Assembly: GCA_963840035.1 (NCBI GenBank)
Contig: CAWIXE010000001.1
Span: 256,001-320,000, forward strand
DNA from: a candidate division FCPU426 bacterium
Lineage (GTDB): Bacteria > Oederibacteriota > PGYV01 > Palsa-1178
DNA length: 64,000 nucleotides
Direction: 5' to 3'
Shown here: piece after piece, positions 20,187-29,532 of the stretch
Numbering within the stretch: the first letter of the stretch is position 1
Layout: every line of letters starts with the position of its first letter
Position numbers and translations under genes: made by a program
The notes under the pieces: model-generated
The model's database searches: none
What the model was told of the DNA's origin: nothing
What the model saw: only the letters and a program-made list of their open reading frames with translations

Positions 20187-20264
20187 GTGGCCGCTGCAGG
20201 ACGGTTTTATTTATGGCCTGCGCTACTGCGCAATCCATAAATAAAACCGTCCTGCGGCGGCCAC
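20187..20264. repeat. 78-bp palindromic element, copy 1 (copy 2 at 45873-45950)
   Basis: Long inverted arms around the loop gcctgcgctactgcgcaatc. Confidence 0.8.
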
Positions 20265-20284
20265 AACCATTCACGCGCCAGCTC

Positions 20285-21613
20285 CTACAACCCGTATTTC
20301 TTGATCTTAGCCAGCAGCGTCACGCGGTTGAGCTTTAAAAGTTCGGCCGCCTTTGCCCTGTTCCCTTTTGTCTCCGCAAGCGCCTGAGCTATCATATTCT
20401 TTTCCAGATCTTCCACTTTTCCGTTTAAACCCTCTCCGCTTCCTGATAAAACAGCCGCCTTTGAATGTATTTCATAGGGTATATCCTCTTCCGTTATCGT
20501 GTCTCCCGCGGCCATTACCATGACGCGCTGTATTATATTCTCAAGTTCCCTTATGTTCCCGGGAAAATCATACTGCGTAAGGAGTTTTACCGCCTCGTCG
20601 GATATGGACTTGACCTTATAATTATTATAGCCCGCGTATTTTGTTATGAAGTATTCGCAGAGTTCCTTTATGTCCTCTTTCCTTTCGCGCAGCGGCGGCA
20701 TGGCGATTTCCACCACGTTAAGCCTGTAATAAAGTTCCTGCCTGAACCTGCCGGAGGCCACTTCTTCCTTTAAATCCCTGTTGGTCGCGGTGATCACCCT
20801 TACGTCGACCTTGATGGTCTTTTCCCCGCCAACCCTTTCAAACTCCCGCTCCTGTATGACGCGCAGCAGCTTTACCTGCAGTTCCTGGGGTATTTCTCCT
20901 ATCTCATCCAGAAATATCGTGCCTTTGTCAGCGAGTTCAAACCTTCCCTTTTTAAGGGCCACCGCGTCGGTAAAGGAGCCTTTTTCATGTCCGAAAAGTT
21001 CAGACTCGAGTATTCCCGGGGCAAGCGCCGCGCAGTTTACCTTGACAAGCGCGTGCTCCCTGCGGGGGCTTTTGTCATGTATCTCTTCGGCTATTAATTC
21101 CTTGCCTGTTCCTGATTCGCCCGTAATCAGCACTGTCGCGTCTTTTGGCCCTATCTTCGCGGCCATTTCAATGATGGCGCGGAACTTCGCGCCTGAGCCT
21201 ATTATTTTCCTGTTCCCGGATGATTTAAGGTAGGCGTTTTCTTCCTTTATTTTTTTTGCCCTGAGGATTTTTGCGGCCTGCAGCCTGACATGGTCTATGG
21301 AAAAAGGTTTTGTAATGAAATCCGCCGCCCCTTTTTTCATGGCGTCCACGGCCTTATCCACTGTCCCGTGGGCGGTTATAACTATGACTTCAGCGTCTGA
21401 ACCGGATTTTTTTACGGCCTCAAGCACCGACATTCCGTCGGCTTCGGGCAGTTTCAGGTCGGTAATGACGATATCAAAATCGCCTGCTTTGAATTTTTGT
21501 ATGCCTTCCTCGGCCGAACCCGCCTCGGTTACGGCGTATCCCTCGGTGGTTAATGCCTCTTTGAGCACTTCCCTTAAGCTCTCATTGTCTTCCACAACAA
21601 GTATTTCGTACAT
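20285..21613 (-). CDS. Sigma-54-dependent response regulator (NtrC/AtoC/ZraR family)
   Basis: Receiver domain (VVEDN, TDLKLP), GESGTGKE, ESELFGHEKGSFTDA, Fis-type HTH. Confidence 0.95.
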   Translation of the reverse strand: MYEILVVEDNESLREVLKEALTTEGYAVTEAGSAEEGIQKFKAGDFDIVITDLKLPEADGMSVLEAVKKSGSDAEVIVITAHGTVDKAVDAMKKGAADFITKPFSIDHVRLQAAKILRAKKIKEENAYLKSSGNRKIIGSGAKFRAIIEMAAKIGPKDATVLITGESGTGKELIAEEIHDKSPRREHALVKVNCAALAPGILESELFGHEKGSFTDAVALKKGRFELADKGTIFLDEIGEIPQELQVKLLRVIQEREFERVGGEKTIKVDVRVITATNRDLKEEVASGRFRQELYYRLNVVEIAMPPLRERKEDIKELCEYFITKYAGYNNYKVKSISDEAVKLLTQYDFPGNIRELENIIQRVMVMAAGDTITEEDIPYEIHSKAAVLSGSGEGLNGKVEDLEKNMIAQALAETKGNRAKAAELLKLNRVTLLAKIKKYGL

Positions 21614-21700
21614 GTTCCCTCCGGTAATTCTTTTTTACCTACCCTATTATACAACAAAAAATAGCCGCGCGCCCCAAGAACTTTTTGGGCTTCAGTTTTT

Positions 21701-22452
21701 CCTTAACCCTTATCCCTCACCCTTATCCTCAGCCCGTAGACTTGCTTTAGTTCCAAAGGCTAATGGTAAGAATTAAGGATAAGGGTTAAGTAGCACCTTA
21801 ACCCTTATCCCTCACCCTTATCCTCAGCCCGTAGACTTGCTTTAGTTCCAAAGGCTAAGGGTAAGAATTAAGGATAAGGGTTAAGTAGCACCTTAACCCT
21901 CACCGTCACCCTTATCCTTAGCCCGTAGACTTGCTTTAGTTCCAAAGGCTAAGGGTAAGAATTAAGGATAAGGGTTAAGGTGCACCTTAACCCTTAACCC
22001 TCACCCTTATCCTTAGCCCGTAGACTTGCTTTAGTTCCAAAGGCTAAGGGTAAGAATTAAGGATAAGGGTTAAGTAGCACCTTATCCCTCACCCTCACCC
22101 TTATCCTTAGCCCGTAGACTTGCTTTAGTTCTAAAGGCTAAGGGTAAGAATTAAGGATAAGGGTTAAGGTGCACCTTAACCCTTATCCCTCACCCTTATC
22201 CTCAGCCCGTAGACTTGCTTTAGTTCCAAAGGCTAAGGGTAAGAATTAAGGATAAGGGTTAAGTAGCACCTTATCCCTCACCCTCACCCTTATCCTTAGC
22301 CCGTAGACTTGCTTTAGTTCCAAAGGCTAAGGGTAAGAATTAAGGATAAGGGTTAAGTAGCACCTTATCCCTCACCCTCACCCTTATCCTTAGCCCGTAG
22401 ACTTGCTTTAGTTCCAAAGGCTAAGGGTAAGAATTAAGGATAAGGGTTAAGG
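21701..22452. repeat. Tandem array of 8 near-identical 94/95-bp hairpin units
   Basis: Core gcccgtagac recurs at 21732, 21827, 21921, 22016, 22110, 22205, 22299 and 22393; each unit has 33-bp imperfect inverted arms. Confidence 0.95.
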
Positions 22453-22481
22453 TGCGCCAGGGTATTTCGCAATTTATAAAT

Positions 22482-22510
22482 TTGACTTCCCGCCCGATTG
22501 GAGTTATAAT
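22482..22510 (+). promoter_or_regulatory. Sigma-70-type promoter, probably giving a leaderless mRNA
   Basis: TTGACT-17 bp-TATAAT, ATG 7 nt later, no Shine-Dalgarno. Confidence 0.7.
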
Positions 22511-22517
22511 TTCACCT

Positions 22518-22865
22518 ATGAAAAATTTAACCATTACAGTAGACGAGCTGGGCAGCGTGTCTGTATTCCGGTGCGCCGGGGAGATTGACACCGACACACA
22601 TGACTTCTTAAGGCACGAACTCGACAGGATCATGAAAACAGGCGCTAAAAAACTGGTCCTGGACATGTCAGGTGTTGAGTACGTAAGCAGCGCCGGCTGG
22701 TCCGATTTTGTCTCCCACGGCAACACCTTAAAAGCGGCCGGAGGCGACCTGCGCCTGGCAGCCATGCAGATACAGATAAATGACATGTTTGAGATCGTGG
22801 GTTTTAACGACCTGTTAAACGCCTATCCAACCGTGGAAGAGGCTGTAAGGTCTTTTTCTGCTTAA
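22518..22865 (+). CDS. STAS-domain anti-sigma-factor antagonist
   Basis: GEIDT...LVLDMSGVEYVSSAG...GGDLRL; start reassigned to ATG 22518. Confidence 0.9.
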   Translation: MKNLTITVDELGSVSVFRCAGEIDTDTHDFLRHELDRIMKTGAKKLVLDMSGVEYVSSAGWSDFVSHGNTLKAAGGDLRLAAMQIQINDMFEIVGFNDLLNAYPTVEEAVRSFSA

Positions 22866-22881
22866 ATTATTTCTTGGTCTT

Positions 22882-23069
22882 CCTTAACCCTTAACACTCA
22901 CCCTTATCCTTAACCGTTAGAACTTTTTTTACTGCTAAAGTCCAAAGGCTAAGGGTAAGAATTAAGGATAAGGGTTAAGCAGCGCCTTAACCCTCACCCT
23001 TATCCTTAGCACTTGAATCCTGCGTTAGTTCCAAAGGCTAAGGGTAAGAATTAAGTATAAGGGTTAAGG
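22882..23069. repeat. Two diverged copies of the 94-bp hairpin unit
   Basis: ccttaaccct...tccaaaggctaagggtaagaattaag(g/t)ataagggttaag twice, with different loops. Confidence 0.85.
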
Positions 23070-23086
23070 TTAATACAATTTTAGGA

Positions 23087-25177
23087 TTACTTCTTCTCCA
23101 CCACTATTTCCTCACCCTTATATATTACCTGCCTGTCAGGCATTCCCGGTTCCAGTCCTTTGCCGTGTTTTTTATCCGTAAAGTATACGCTTATCATACG
23201 CTCTTTTTTCATTCCTTCCCATTCTCCGTTCCTTTTGCCTATTATCAGAACATCAGCTTTTTGTTTCCACGTCACCGGAATTTCCGCGCATTTTTCCCCT
23301 TCATAATCAAATACTGAAAAACGCGCGTCTTTGCCGGTATATACCCTCAGTTCCAGTATTTCCTCTCCTGTCTTTTTTTGCTTTGAAGCCAGCGGGATTA
23401 TCGAACCCTCCGGTACAAAAAGCGGTATCTTATCCAGTGCCGGCGTTAAAGAAAGAGTCTTTCCTCCGGACATTTTTTCCCCTGTCCAGAAATCATACCA
23501 GCTGCTTACTGACGGAAGGTAAACCTTGAACCCCTTCTGCGCCTTTTCCATGTCCTTAGGCTTAACCCACTGCATGGCAAATACGCCTTTCCCCGGAGTG
23601 TTGTGGCTGTATTCGGCCTTAAGCCCGTATACCTTATCCTTTTTAAATTTGGCGCGGGCCTTGAACCTGCTGAGCTTATTGTTTTGCCTGCCGTCGATGA
23701 GCACAGTGCCGTCGATTGAAAGCTTCACATGCCCGTCTGACACAACCAAAATTTCATAATTTCCGGTCTCCGCCGCGTTAAAAGAACCGGTGAAATTTAT
23801 TGTGTAATTTGAATCCTCCGGTGGCATTGTCCAATAGGGGCCGTCAATGGTGAGCTCGTGCCCTTTTGCGTCAGTTCCTTCCGGGAACACCATAAGCCTG
23901 ATGCCTTTCCTGCCGCTTTCCGGGTCATAGAACATTGAAGGCCTTATGAAATCGGCACGGTTTGACGAAAAATCAAACATCTCCATTGTTACCGGGCTTA
24001 CCATGATATTGTTTCCGGACATATACTGCCCTTCCGCTTTGAGCGCCTTATCATCCCCAAAGAAATCAGCCGCAAGCGGCCTTATATACGGCGCGCCTCC
24101 CTTAGCTGTCAGCCATGCGTTTGACCTTATGTATGGCTCCAGCATATTGCGCAGTTCCGCTGTTTTTACAAGCGCATTCCTGTTCTTGTCGTCCTTTATT
24201 TCCTCCGGCAAAACACCCGCCGTAAAAGTTACCGGGCATAATGCCAGAAACTGATTAAACCTCGTGTATAGTTCCCTGTAAGCCGGGTCCGCAAAACCCT
24301 CCGGGTAATTTACCCTTATGTCGTTGGTCTCTGTCCCATTTTCTATCGGCACGCCTGACATGGACAGGCTTACGGCATCCGCGATATATCCGCGCAGCAT
24401 GTCCCATCCCGCGCATTCATCCGGCGCGGCCTTCCATGCAGGGGATCTTTTTCCCGTAATTTTCGCGCATAAGCCGGCTGCCTTATTCATGGAACCGCCG
24501 TAAATGAAGAAATAATCTATGCCGGCCGCGTTATCCGCCGATATGTAGGAATCATCCGCCTTCCCTGAAAAGCTGAACGGCCCGCCTTCAGCCCAGAGAA
24601 TGCCGTAACCCGTCGTTGAAAAAAGCGCAGGATGCTCACTAAAAGGCTTTACCGGAAATTCTTCCGCGCCGTTAAGGTTTAATGCTCCGTTAAAGGATTT
24701 CCCCATCCCGTAAAGCGCCTCCCACGGCCTGAATATAAATTCCTGTTTAACCGAATATGAGTCCCCTTTTTCCTCCACAAACCGTCCTTTTTCAGCAAGG
24801 AGCATATTTCCCCGGCTGTCGGAGTATGATGTTGCGCCGGATGCCATATCCACGCGCGCCTTAAGCAGGTATGATGAAATTTCCAGCCCTTCCTCCGACT
24901 CAGTCACGGTAATTTTCGGCCTTTCAGGCTTCATCAAATCTGAAACACCCGTGTTTTTTTGTCCCGCGTTTTTTTTGCTCCAGGAAACATATATAATTGA
25001 AGGGTCCATAAACTCCACGGACATCATTGCCGTATCAGATGTGATAATAACCCCGCTGTCCGTCTCCGCGTATTTCAGGTTTCCTTTGCCTGAAACAAGG
25101 TTCTTCCCCGCCGACGCGCACCCCGAGGCAATTAATATCAATACAACAAATACGGCTGCAATTTTTTTTAATTTCAT
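23087..25177 (-). CDS. GH31 (alpha-xylosidase-like) lipoprotein with PA14 insert; much of the catalytic barrel apparently deleted
   Basis: Lipobox ASGC; EALYGMG, IDYFFIYG, YRELYTRFNQF, QYMSG..IMVSPV, VYLP...WYDFWTG, LDKIPLFV..GSIIP. Confidence 0.8.
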   Translation of the reverse strand: MKLKKIAAVFVVLILIASGCASAGKNLVSGKGNLKYAETDSGVIITSDTAMMSVEFMDPSIIYVSWSKKNAGQKNTGVSDLMKPERPKITVTESEEGLEISSYLLKARVDMASGATSYSDSRGNMLLAEKGRFVEEKGDSYSVKQEFIFRPWEALYGMGKSFNGALNLNGAEEFPVKPFSEHPALFSTTGYGILWAEGGPFSFSGKADDSYISADNAAGIDYFFIYGGSMNKAAGLCAKITGKRSPAWKAAPDECAGWDMLRGYIADAVSLSMSGVPIENGTETNDIRVNYPEGFADPAYRELYTRFNQFLALCPVTFTAGVLPEEIKDDKNRNALVKTAELRNMLEPYIRSNAWLTAKGGAPYIRPLAADFFGDDKALKAEGQYMSGNNIMVSPVTMEMFDFSSNRADFIRPSMFYDPESGRKGIRLMVFPEGTDAKGHELTIDGPYWTMPPEDSNYTINFTGSFNAAETGNYEILVVSDGHVKLSIDGTVLIDGRQNNKLSRFKARAKFKKDKVYGLKAEYSHNTPGKGVFAMQWVKPKDMEKAQKGFKVYLPSVSSWYDFWTGEKMSGGKTLSLTPALDKIPLFVPEGSIIPLASKQKKTGEEILELRVYTGKDARFSVFDYEGEKCAEIPVTWKQKADVLIIGKRNGEWEGMKKERMISVYFTDKKHGKGLEPGMPDRQVIYKGEEIVVEKK

Positions 25178-25253
25178 GGTTTTACTCCCGTTTTTATTAT
25201 AATAAATCCGCGAAGCCCGCCTTTATCAGTAATTATTAATTAGTAATTTGTAA

Positions 25254-26648
25254 TTAAAGTATTATCTTAATTTCCGTCCCCTGCCCTTCGGCGCTTTCCA
25301 CGGTTATGTCTCCGCCGTGTATCTCCTTTATTATCCTGTACGCTATCGCCAGCCCCAGGCCCGTGCCTTCTTTCCTGCCGGTAAAAAACGGTTGGAATAT
25401 TTTTTCCTTTACGCCGGCGGGTATGCCCCTGCCGTTATCCTTTATAATCACGATGTTTTTTCCTTTATCCTTAAGTATGTTAACTTCCACATATCCGTCC
25501 GGCTTATCAAGCGCCTGCCAGGCGTTTATTATTATATTGTAAAATGCTTTTTTCATCAGGTACGCGTCGGCTTTAATAATCCCCGCGGACGGCCCGTAGC
25601 TCTTTTTCACGGCCTGCCTGGCTTTTTCAGGCAGTTCCCCTATTGTGTCATCGGCTATTTTGCTTAAATGCGTTTCCTGCAGGTCTGGCGTGAATTCCTT
25701 GGTGTACGCCAGGAAGTTGTTTAAGAACTCGCTCATCTTAAGGGCGTTCCTTACTATGTCGTCGGCGTATTTCTTTATTTTCTCATCCGGGGTTTTTTCC
25801 CTTATGAGTTCGGCATACCCGGAGAGCGCCCCGAGGGAGTTGCGTATCTCATGCGCCACGCCGGCCGAAAATTCGCCCACAGTGGCCATCTTTTCCCTGT
25901 TTTCTATGTAGTCCTTAAGCTCGTTCTTCATGGAGTCAAGGGTTCCCGCTAAAAGCCTTATCTCCTCCTCCCCTGTCACCTTTATATCCTCCCCGAAGTT
26001 CCTTTTTGCTATCTGCTCGGCTTTCCTCTTTAGCGCGTCTATTTTCCCTGATATGCCGCCGGATATCATGAGGGAAAGTATGATGGCTATGGCAAAACTC
26101 ACAAGCCCTATTATGGCGAGGAATTGCCTGTATTGTTTTATGTAGCCTATATATTCCGCCGACGCTTCCACAGCCACTACAGCCGGCACTTCTCCCCCGG
26201 AATCAAGGGGCACATAGCCCGTCTTGAAATAAAGCCCCTCCGCCCCCTTATAAAGCGGCGATGACGCGGCCTCTCCTTCAAAGGCTTTTTTTATCTCAAA
26301 CCTGTCCAGGTTCAGAAAAAATTTTTCATTCTCATTAAGGGTTGATAAAAGTATGTTCCTGTTCTCGTCAATAATAAGGATATCCCTGACTTCCGTTATT
26401 TCCCTGAGCTTGGTGAGCTTGTCCCTGTATGTTTCGAATATTTTTCCCTTGAGTTTTAAAAGAGGGATGTCCTTCGGGTTCACGGCGTCGGCTATGATCT
26501 CCCCCGCGGTGGTCAGCCTGTTCTCCATCTCAGCCTCGAGGTTGTTCCTGATCAGGTTATAAGTTATGAATCCATATATGCCGATGACTATCGCGGAGGC
26601 AAAAAGGAAATATAACAACACTTTGTTTCTGATAGTGTTTAATACCAT
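25254..26648 (-). CDS. Membrane sensor histidine kinase (HAMP, HisKA, HATPase)
   Basis: Two TM segments; GVAHEIRNSL; NIIINA; DNGRGI; FFTG..GTGLGL. Confidence 0.95.
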   Translation of the reverse strand: MVLNTIRNKVLLYFLFASAIVIGIYGFITYNLIRNNLEAEMENRLTTAGEIIADAVNPKDIPLLKLKGKIFETYRDKLTKLREITEVRDILIIDENRNILLSTLNENEKFFLNLDRFEIKKAFEGEAASSPLYKGAEGLYFKTGYVPLDSGGEVPAVVAVEASAEYIGYIKQYRQFLAIIGLVSFAIAIILSLMISGGISGKIDALKRKAEQIAKRNFGEDIKVTGEEEIRLLAGTLDSMKNELKDYIENREKMATVGEFSAGVAHEIRNSLGALSGYAELIREKTPDEKIKKYADDIVRNALKMSEFLNNFLAYTKEFTPDLQETHLSKIADDTIGELPEKARQAVKKSYGPSAGIIKADAYLMKKAFYNIIINAWQALDKPDGYVEVNILKDKGKNIVIIKDNGRGIPAGVKEKIFQPFFTGRKEGTGLGLAIAYRIIKEIHGGDITVESAEGQGTEIKIIL

Positions 26649-26675
26649 TAGCCCTCCCCGTTTTTTTCTAATTTT

Positions 26676-27239
26676 TTATTGTTCTTCGTGTCCAAAGTAC
26701 AGGACAACAACACTCAACCAGGTTTTAATTATTACAAAGTGCCGGACGGCTTGCCGTATTTTTCCCAACAATTCCACGGCATTCCGGACCTGAAACTAGC
26801 CCCCGGTTACTGCCATTTAGTACTCCGCCGGCATCCAGTCTCCCGGCTCCCTGCGAAGCCCCTCCAAGTATCTTATATTATCCACTGTTTCCGTTTCTCA
26901 GCCCGTTAATTTTGGGAAAAATTCGGCAAGCCGTCCGGCATCCCGCACTCTTCCTTTTTTTGCTCTTAATATTATTGTTCTTCGTGCCCAAAGTACAGGA
27001 CAACAACACACCCAGGTTTTAATTATTACAAAGTGCCGGATGGCTTGCCGTATTTTTCCCAACAATTCCACGGCATTCCGGACCTGAAACTAGCCCCCGG
27101 TTACTGCCATTTAGTACCCCGCCGGCATCCAGTCTCCCGGCTCCCTGCGAAGCCCCTCCAAGTATCTTATATTATCCACTGTTTCCGTTTATCAACCCGT
27201 TAATTTTGGGAAAAATACGGTAAGCCGTCCGGCATCCCG
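26676..27239. repeat. Two tandem ~270-bp copies (26676-26945, 26972-27239) of a non-coding element closed by ~29-bp inverted repeats; candidate ncRNA or MITE
   Basis: Copies nearly identical; tgccggacggcttgccgtatttttcccaa ... ttgggaaaaa(tt/ta)cgg(c/t)aagccgtccggca. Confidence 0.85.
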
Positions 27240-27257
27240 GCGCTTTTATGTATTATA

Positions 27258-29033
27258 TCACTTTTTAAAATGCTTTAAAACATTCTCACGCTGTTTTTTA
27301 TTGAGAAACTCAGCGCGAACTTCGTTGCCCTCTATGGCCTTAACCAGCTCGTCAAAGTCCTTAAACTCGTTGTAAATCCTGTACTTGGTCTTTTCCCCTA
27401 TCCCGGGTATCTCGTCAAACTCGGATTGCTTTAATTTTTTTGTCGCCAGGGTGGTACGGTGCGAATTCGCGAACCTGTGGGCCTCGTCGCGCACCCTCAT
27501 AAGCAGAAACCTTGCTTTTTCTTTTAAAGGAACCGGCTTGTTTTCATTGGGCCTGAAGACTTCCTCCTCGCGTTTTGCCAGGCCTATCACGGCGATGTCC
27601 ACGCCGACCCTGTCCAAAGCCTGCTTTGCCGCGTTAACCTGCCCCATTCCGCCGTCAATAAGTATAAGGTCGGGAAAATACTCCCCTTCCTGCTTTAACC
27701 TTGAGTACCTGCGCTCCACCACCTCGGCTACGGACGCGTAATCATCCACCTGCCCGACCGTCTTTATGTTGAAATGCCTGTATTCCTTTTTGTCCGGCTC
27801 GCCGTTTCTAAATACCACAAGCGACCCGACCATGTTATCCCCTGAGGAGTGCGATATGTCTATGCCTTCTATTGATTCCGGCATATACCCTATGCCAAGG
27901 GACTGCATTAATTCCTCCATCTGTATCAGGTTTTCCCTTTTGACATTTGTCTTTTTTTCCTCGAACTTTTCCTCGGCATTGGCTTTCTCGGAAAGGTTCT
28001 CGTCCACCATGTTCAGCAGCTGCGACGCCTTTTCAAACCTTATTTTTATATCTTTGCCTTTAAACACATAATTGATTATCTCCGGGCTGACGCTTCCCTC
28101 AGGCAGTATTATTTCGCCGGCCAGGGTTATGTTCCTGCCGTAATACTGCGCCAGGTATATCTCAAGCGGGCTTTCGTTCTCGGCCATGTTTTTAAATATG
28201 TTTATGGTCTTGCCCGTGAGCCTGCCGCGCCTGATGTTAAATACCCCGAAGTAGTAGGCATTGTTCTTAAAGATATAGCTTATGACGTCTATGTCCTTTT
28301 CCTCCGTCATTACAACTTTTTGTTCCTTCATTATCTCTTCCACTGCCTTTATGGCGTCGCGCGCCTCCGCAGCCTTCTCATATTTCTGCTCTTCGGCGTA
28401 CTTGTCCATAAGGCCTTTGAGTGTTTCCGTTACAGGTTCGTAATCCCCTTTAAGGAATTCCTTAACTTTTTCGATTGATGCCAGGTAATCCGCATCCTTT
28501 ATGAACCGCACGCACGGCGCCGTACAAAGGCCCGTGTCATAATATATGCACGGCCTGGATAGCGGCTTGCCTGAAAGGTCTATGGTGCACTGCCGCACTT
28601 TAAATATTCTGTATATGAGGTTCACAACCTTCTTCGCGTCAGCGGAAAAATAGGGGCCGAAGTATGTGTTTTTTTTGTTTTTTGTGTCGCGGGTAATATA
28701 CACGCCCGGATATTTATCCCCTGAAGTGACCATGATATACGGATATGATTTGTCGTCTTTGAGCAGGATGTTATACTTGGGTTTATGTTCTTTTATGAGG
28801 GTGTTTTCCAGGATGAAAGCTTCGAGTTCGTTGGTCGTGACTATGAAATCTATGTCCGCTATCTTTTCCGCGAGCTGCTCGGTCTTTATGTCCTTTTTGC
28901 CTTCGTTAAAGTAGGACCGCACCCTGTTGCGCAGCACCTTTGCCTTGCCAATGTAAATGACAGTGCCGCCCTTGTCCCTGTATATGTAAACTCCGGGTTT
29001 CTCCGGAAGTGAAGAAAGCTTGTCTTTGTCCAT
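27258..29033 (-). CDS. uvrC: Excinuclease ABC subunit C
   Basis: PGVY...IYIGKAKVLRNRVRSYF, KYNILLKDDKSYPY, DISH, PDLILIDGG, RDEAHRFA, IPGIG. Confidence 0.97.
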   Translation of the reverse strand: MDKDKLSSLPEKPGVYIYRDKGGTVIYIGKAKVLRNRVRSYFNEGKKDIKTEQLAEKIADIDFIVTTNELEAFILENTLIKEHKPKYNILLKDDKSYPYIMVTSGDKYPGVYITRDTKNKKNTYFGPYFSADAKKVVNLIYRIFKVRQCTIDLSGKPLSRPCIYYDTGLCTAPCVRFIKDADYLASIEKVKEFLKGDYEPVTETLKGLMDKYAEEQKYEKAAEARDAIKAVEEIMKEQKVVMTEEKDIDVISYIFKNNAYYFGVFNIRRGRLTGKTINIFKNMAENESPLEIYLAQYYGRNITLAGEIILPEGSVSPEIINYVFKGKDIKIRFEKASQLLNMVDENLSEKANAEEKFEEKKTNVKRENLIQMEELMQSLGIGYMPESIEGIDISHSSGDNMVGSLVVFRNGEPDKKEYRHFNIKTVGQVDDYASVAEVVERRYSRLKQEGEYFPDLILIDGGMGQVNAAKQALDRVGVDIAVIGLAKREEEVFRPNENKPVPLKEKARFLLMRVRDEAHRFANSHRTTLATKKLKQSEFDEIPGIGEKTKYRIYNEFKDFDELVKAIEGNEVRAEFLNKKQRENVLKHFKK

Positions 29034-29138
29034 GTTTGCTCCAAAAACGTGATACGTGATATGTGCTAAGTGGTATGTGCTCCGATTTTGATCATATCTG
29101 ATTCCGTATCACTTGCCACATATCACGTATCACGTTTT

Positions 29139-29432
29139 TTACGCGAAGTACTGCTCCATCTCCTTCATGACTTCCTCTGCCGCGTGCTGGTTTTCGGCGT
29201 CAGTCGCGGAGCTCGTTACCTGTATTTTTAAATTAAACATGGCCTGCACGTTGGTTAAATCCACCATGAGCCCCATGGCGCCTTTTGAGGTCTCAATGCC
29301 GTTAAAAAACACCTTAACCTGCTGCCTGTTCTTCTCATGTTTCTGCACGACGCCTGTTAAACCGTTGCAGAAGCTCATTTTATTCTTTAAAGCGACATTC
29401 CTTTCAACTCCGGTTTCCCCGTGTGAGCTCAT
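29139..29432 (-). CDS. Hypothetical protein
   Basis: 97 aa with GGAGG RBS. Confidence 0.65.
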   Translation of the reverse strand: MSSHGETGVERNVALKNKMSFCNGLTGVVQKHEKNRQQVKVFFNGIETSKGAMGLMVDLTNVQAMFNLKIQVTSSATDAENQHAAEEVMKEMEQYFA

Positions 29433-29532
29433 CTTAACCTCCGATACGCTTGTGATAAGTGGTAAGTGGCGCGTGCTAAGTGGCTGTTTTTGAATTCACA
29501 TACCACATATCACATACCACTTATCACTCTAT

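Noticed and set aside
21701..22452. CRISPR array
   Set aside because: The sequence between arms is essentially invariant (no unique spacers), and no cas genes are present.
26676..27239. CsrB/RsmZ-like RNA, or the 76-aa ORF at 26679-26909
   Set aside because: GGA words are about as frequent as expected on this G-rich strand; the ORF has no RBS and its frame is shifted by an indel in copy 2.
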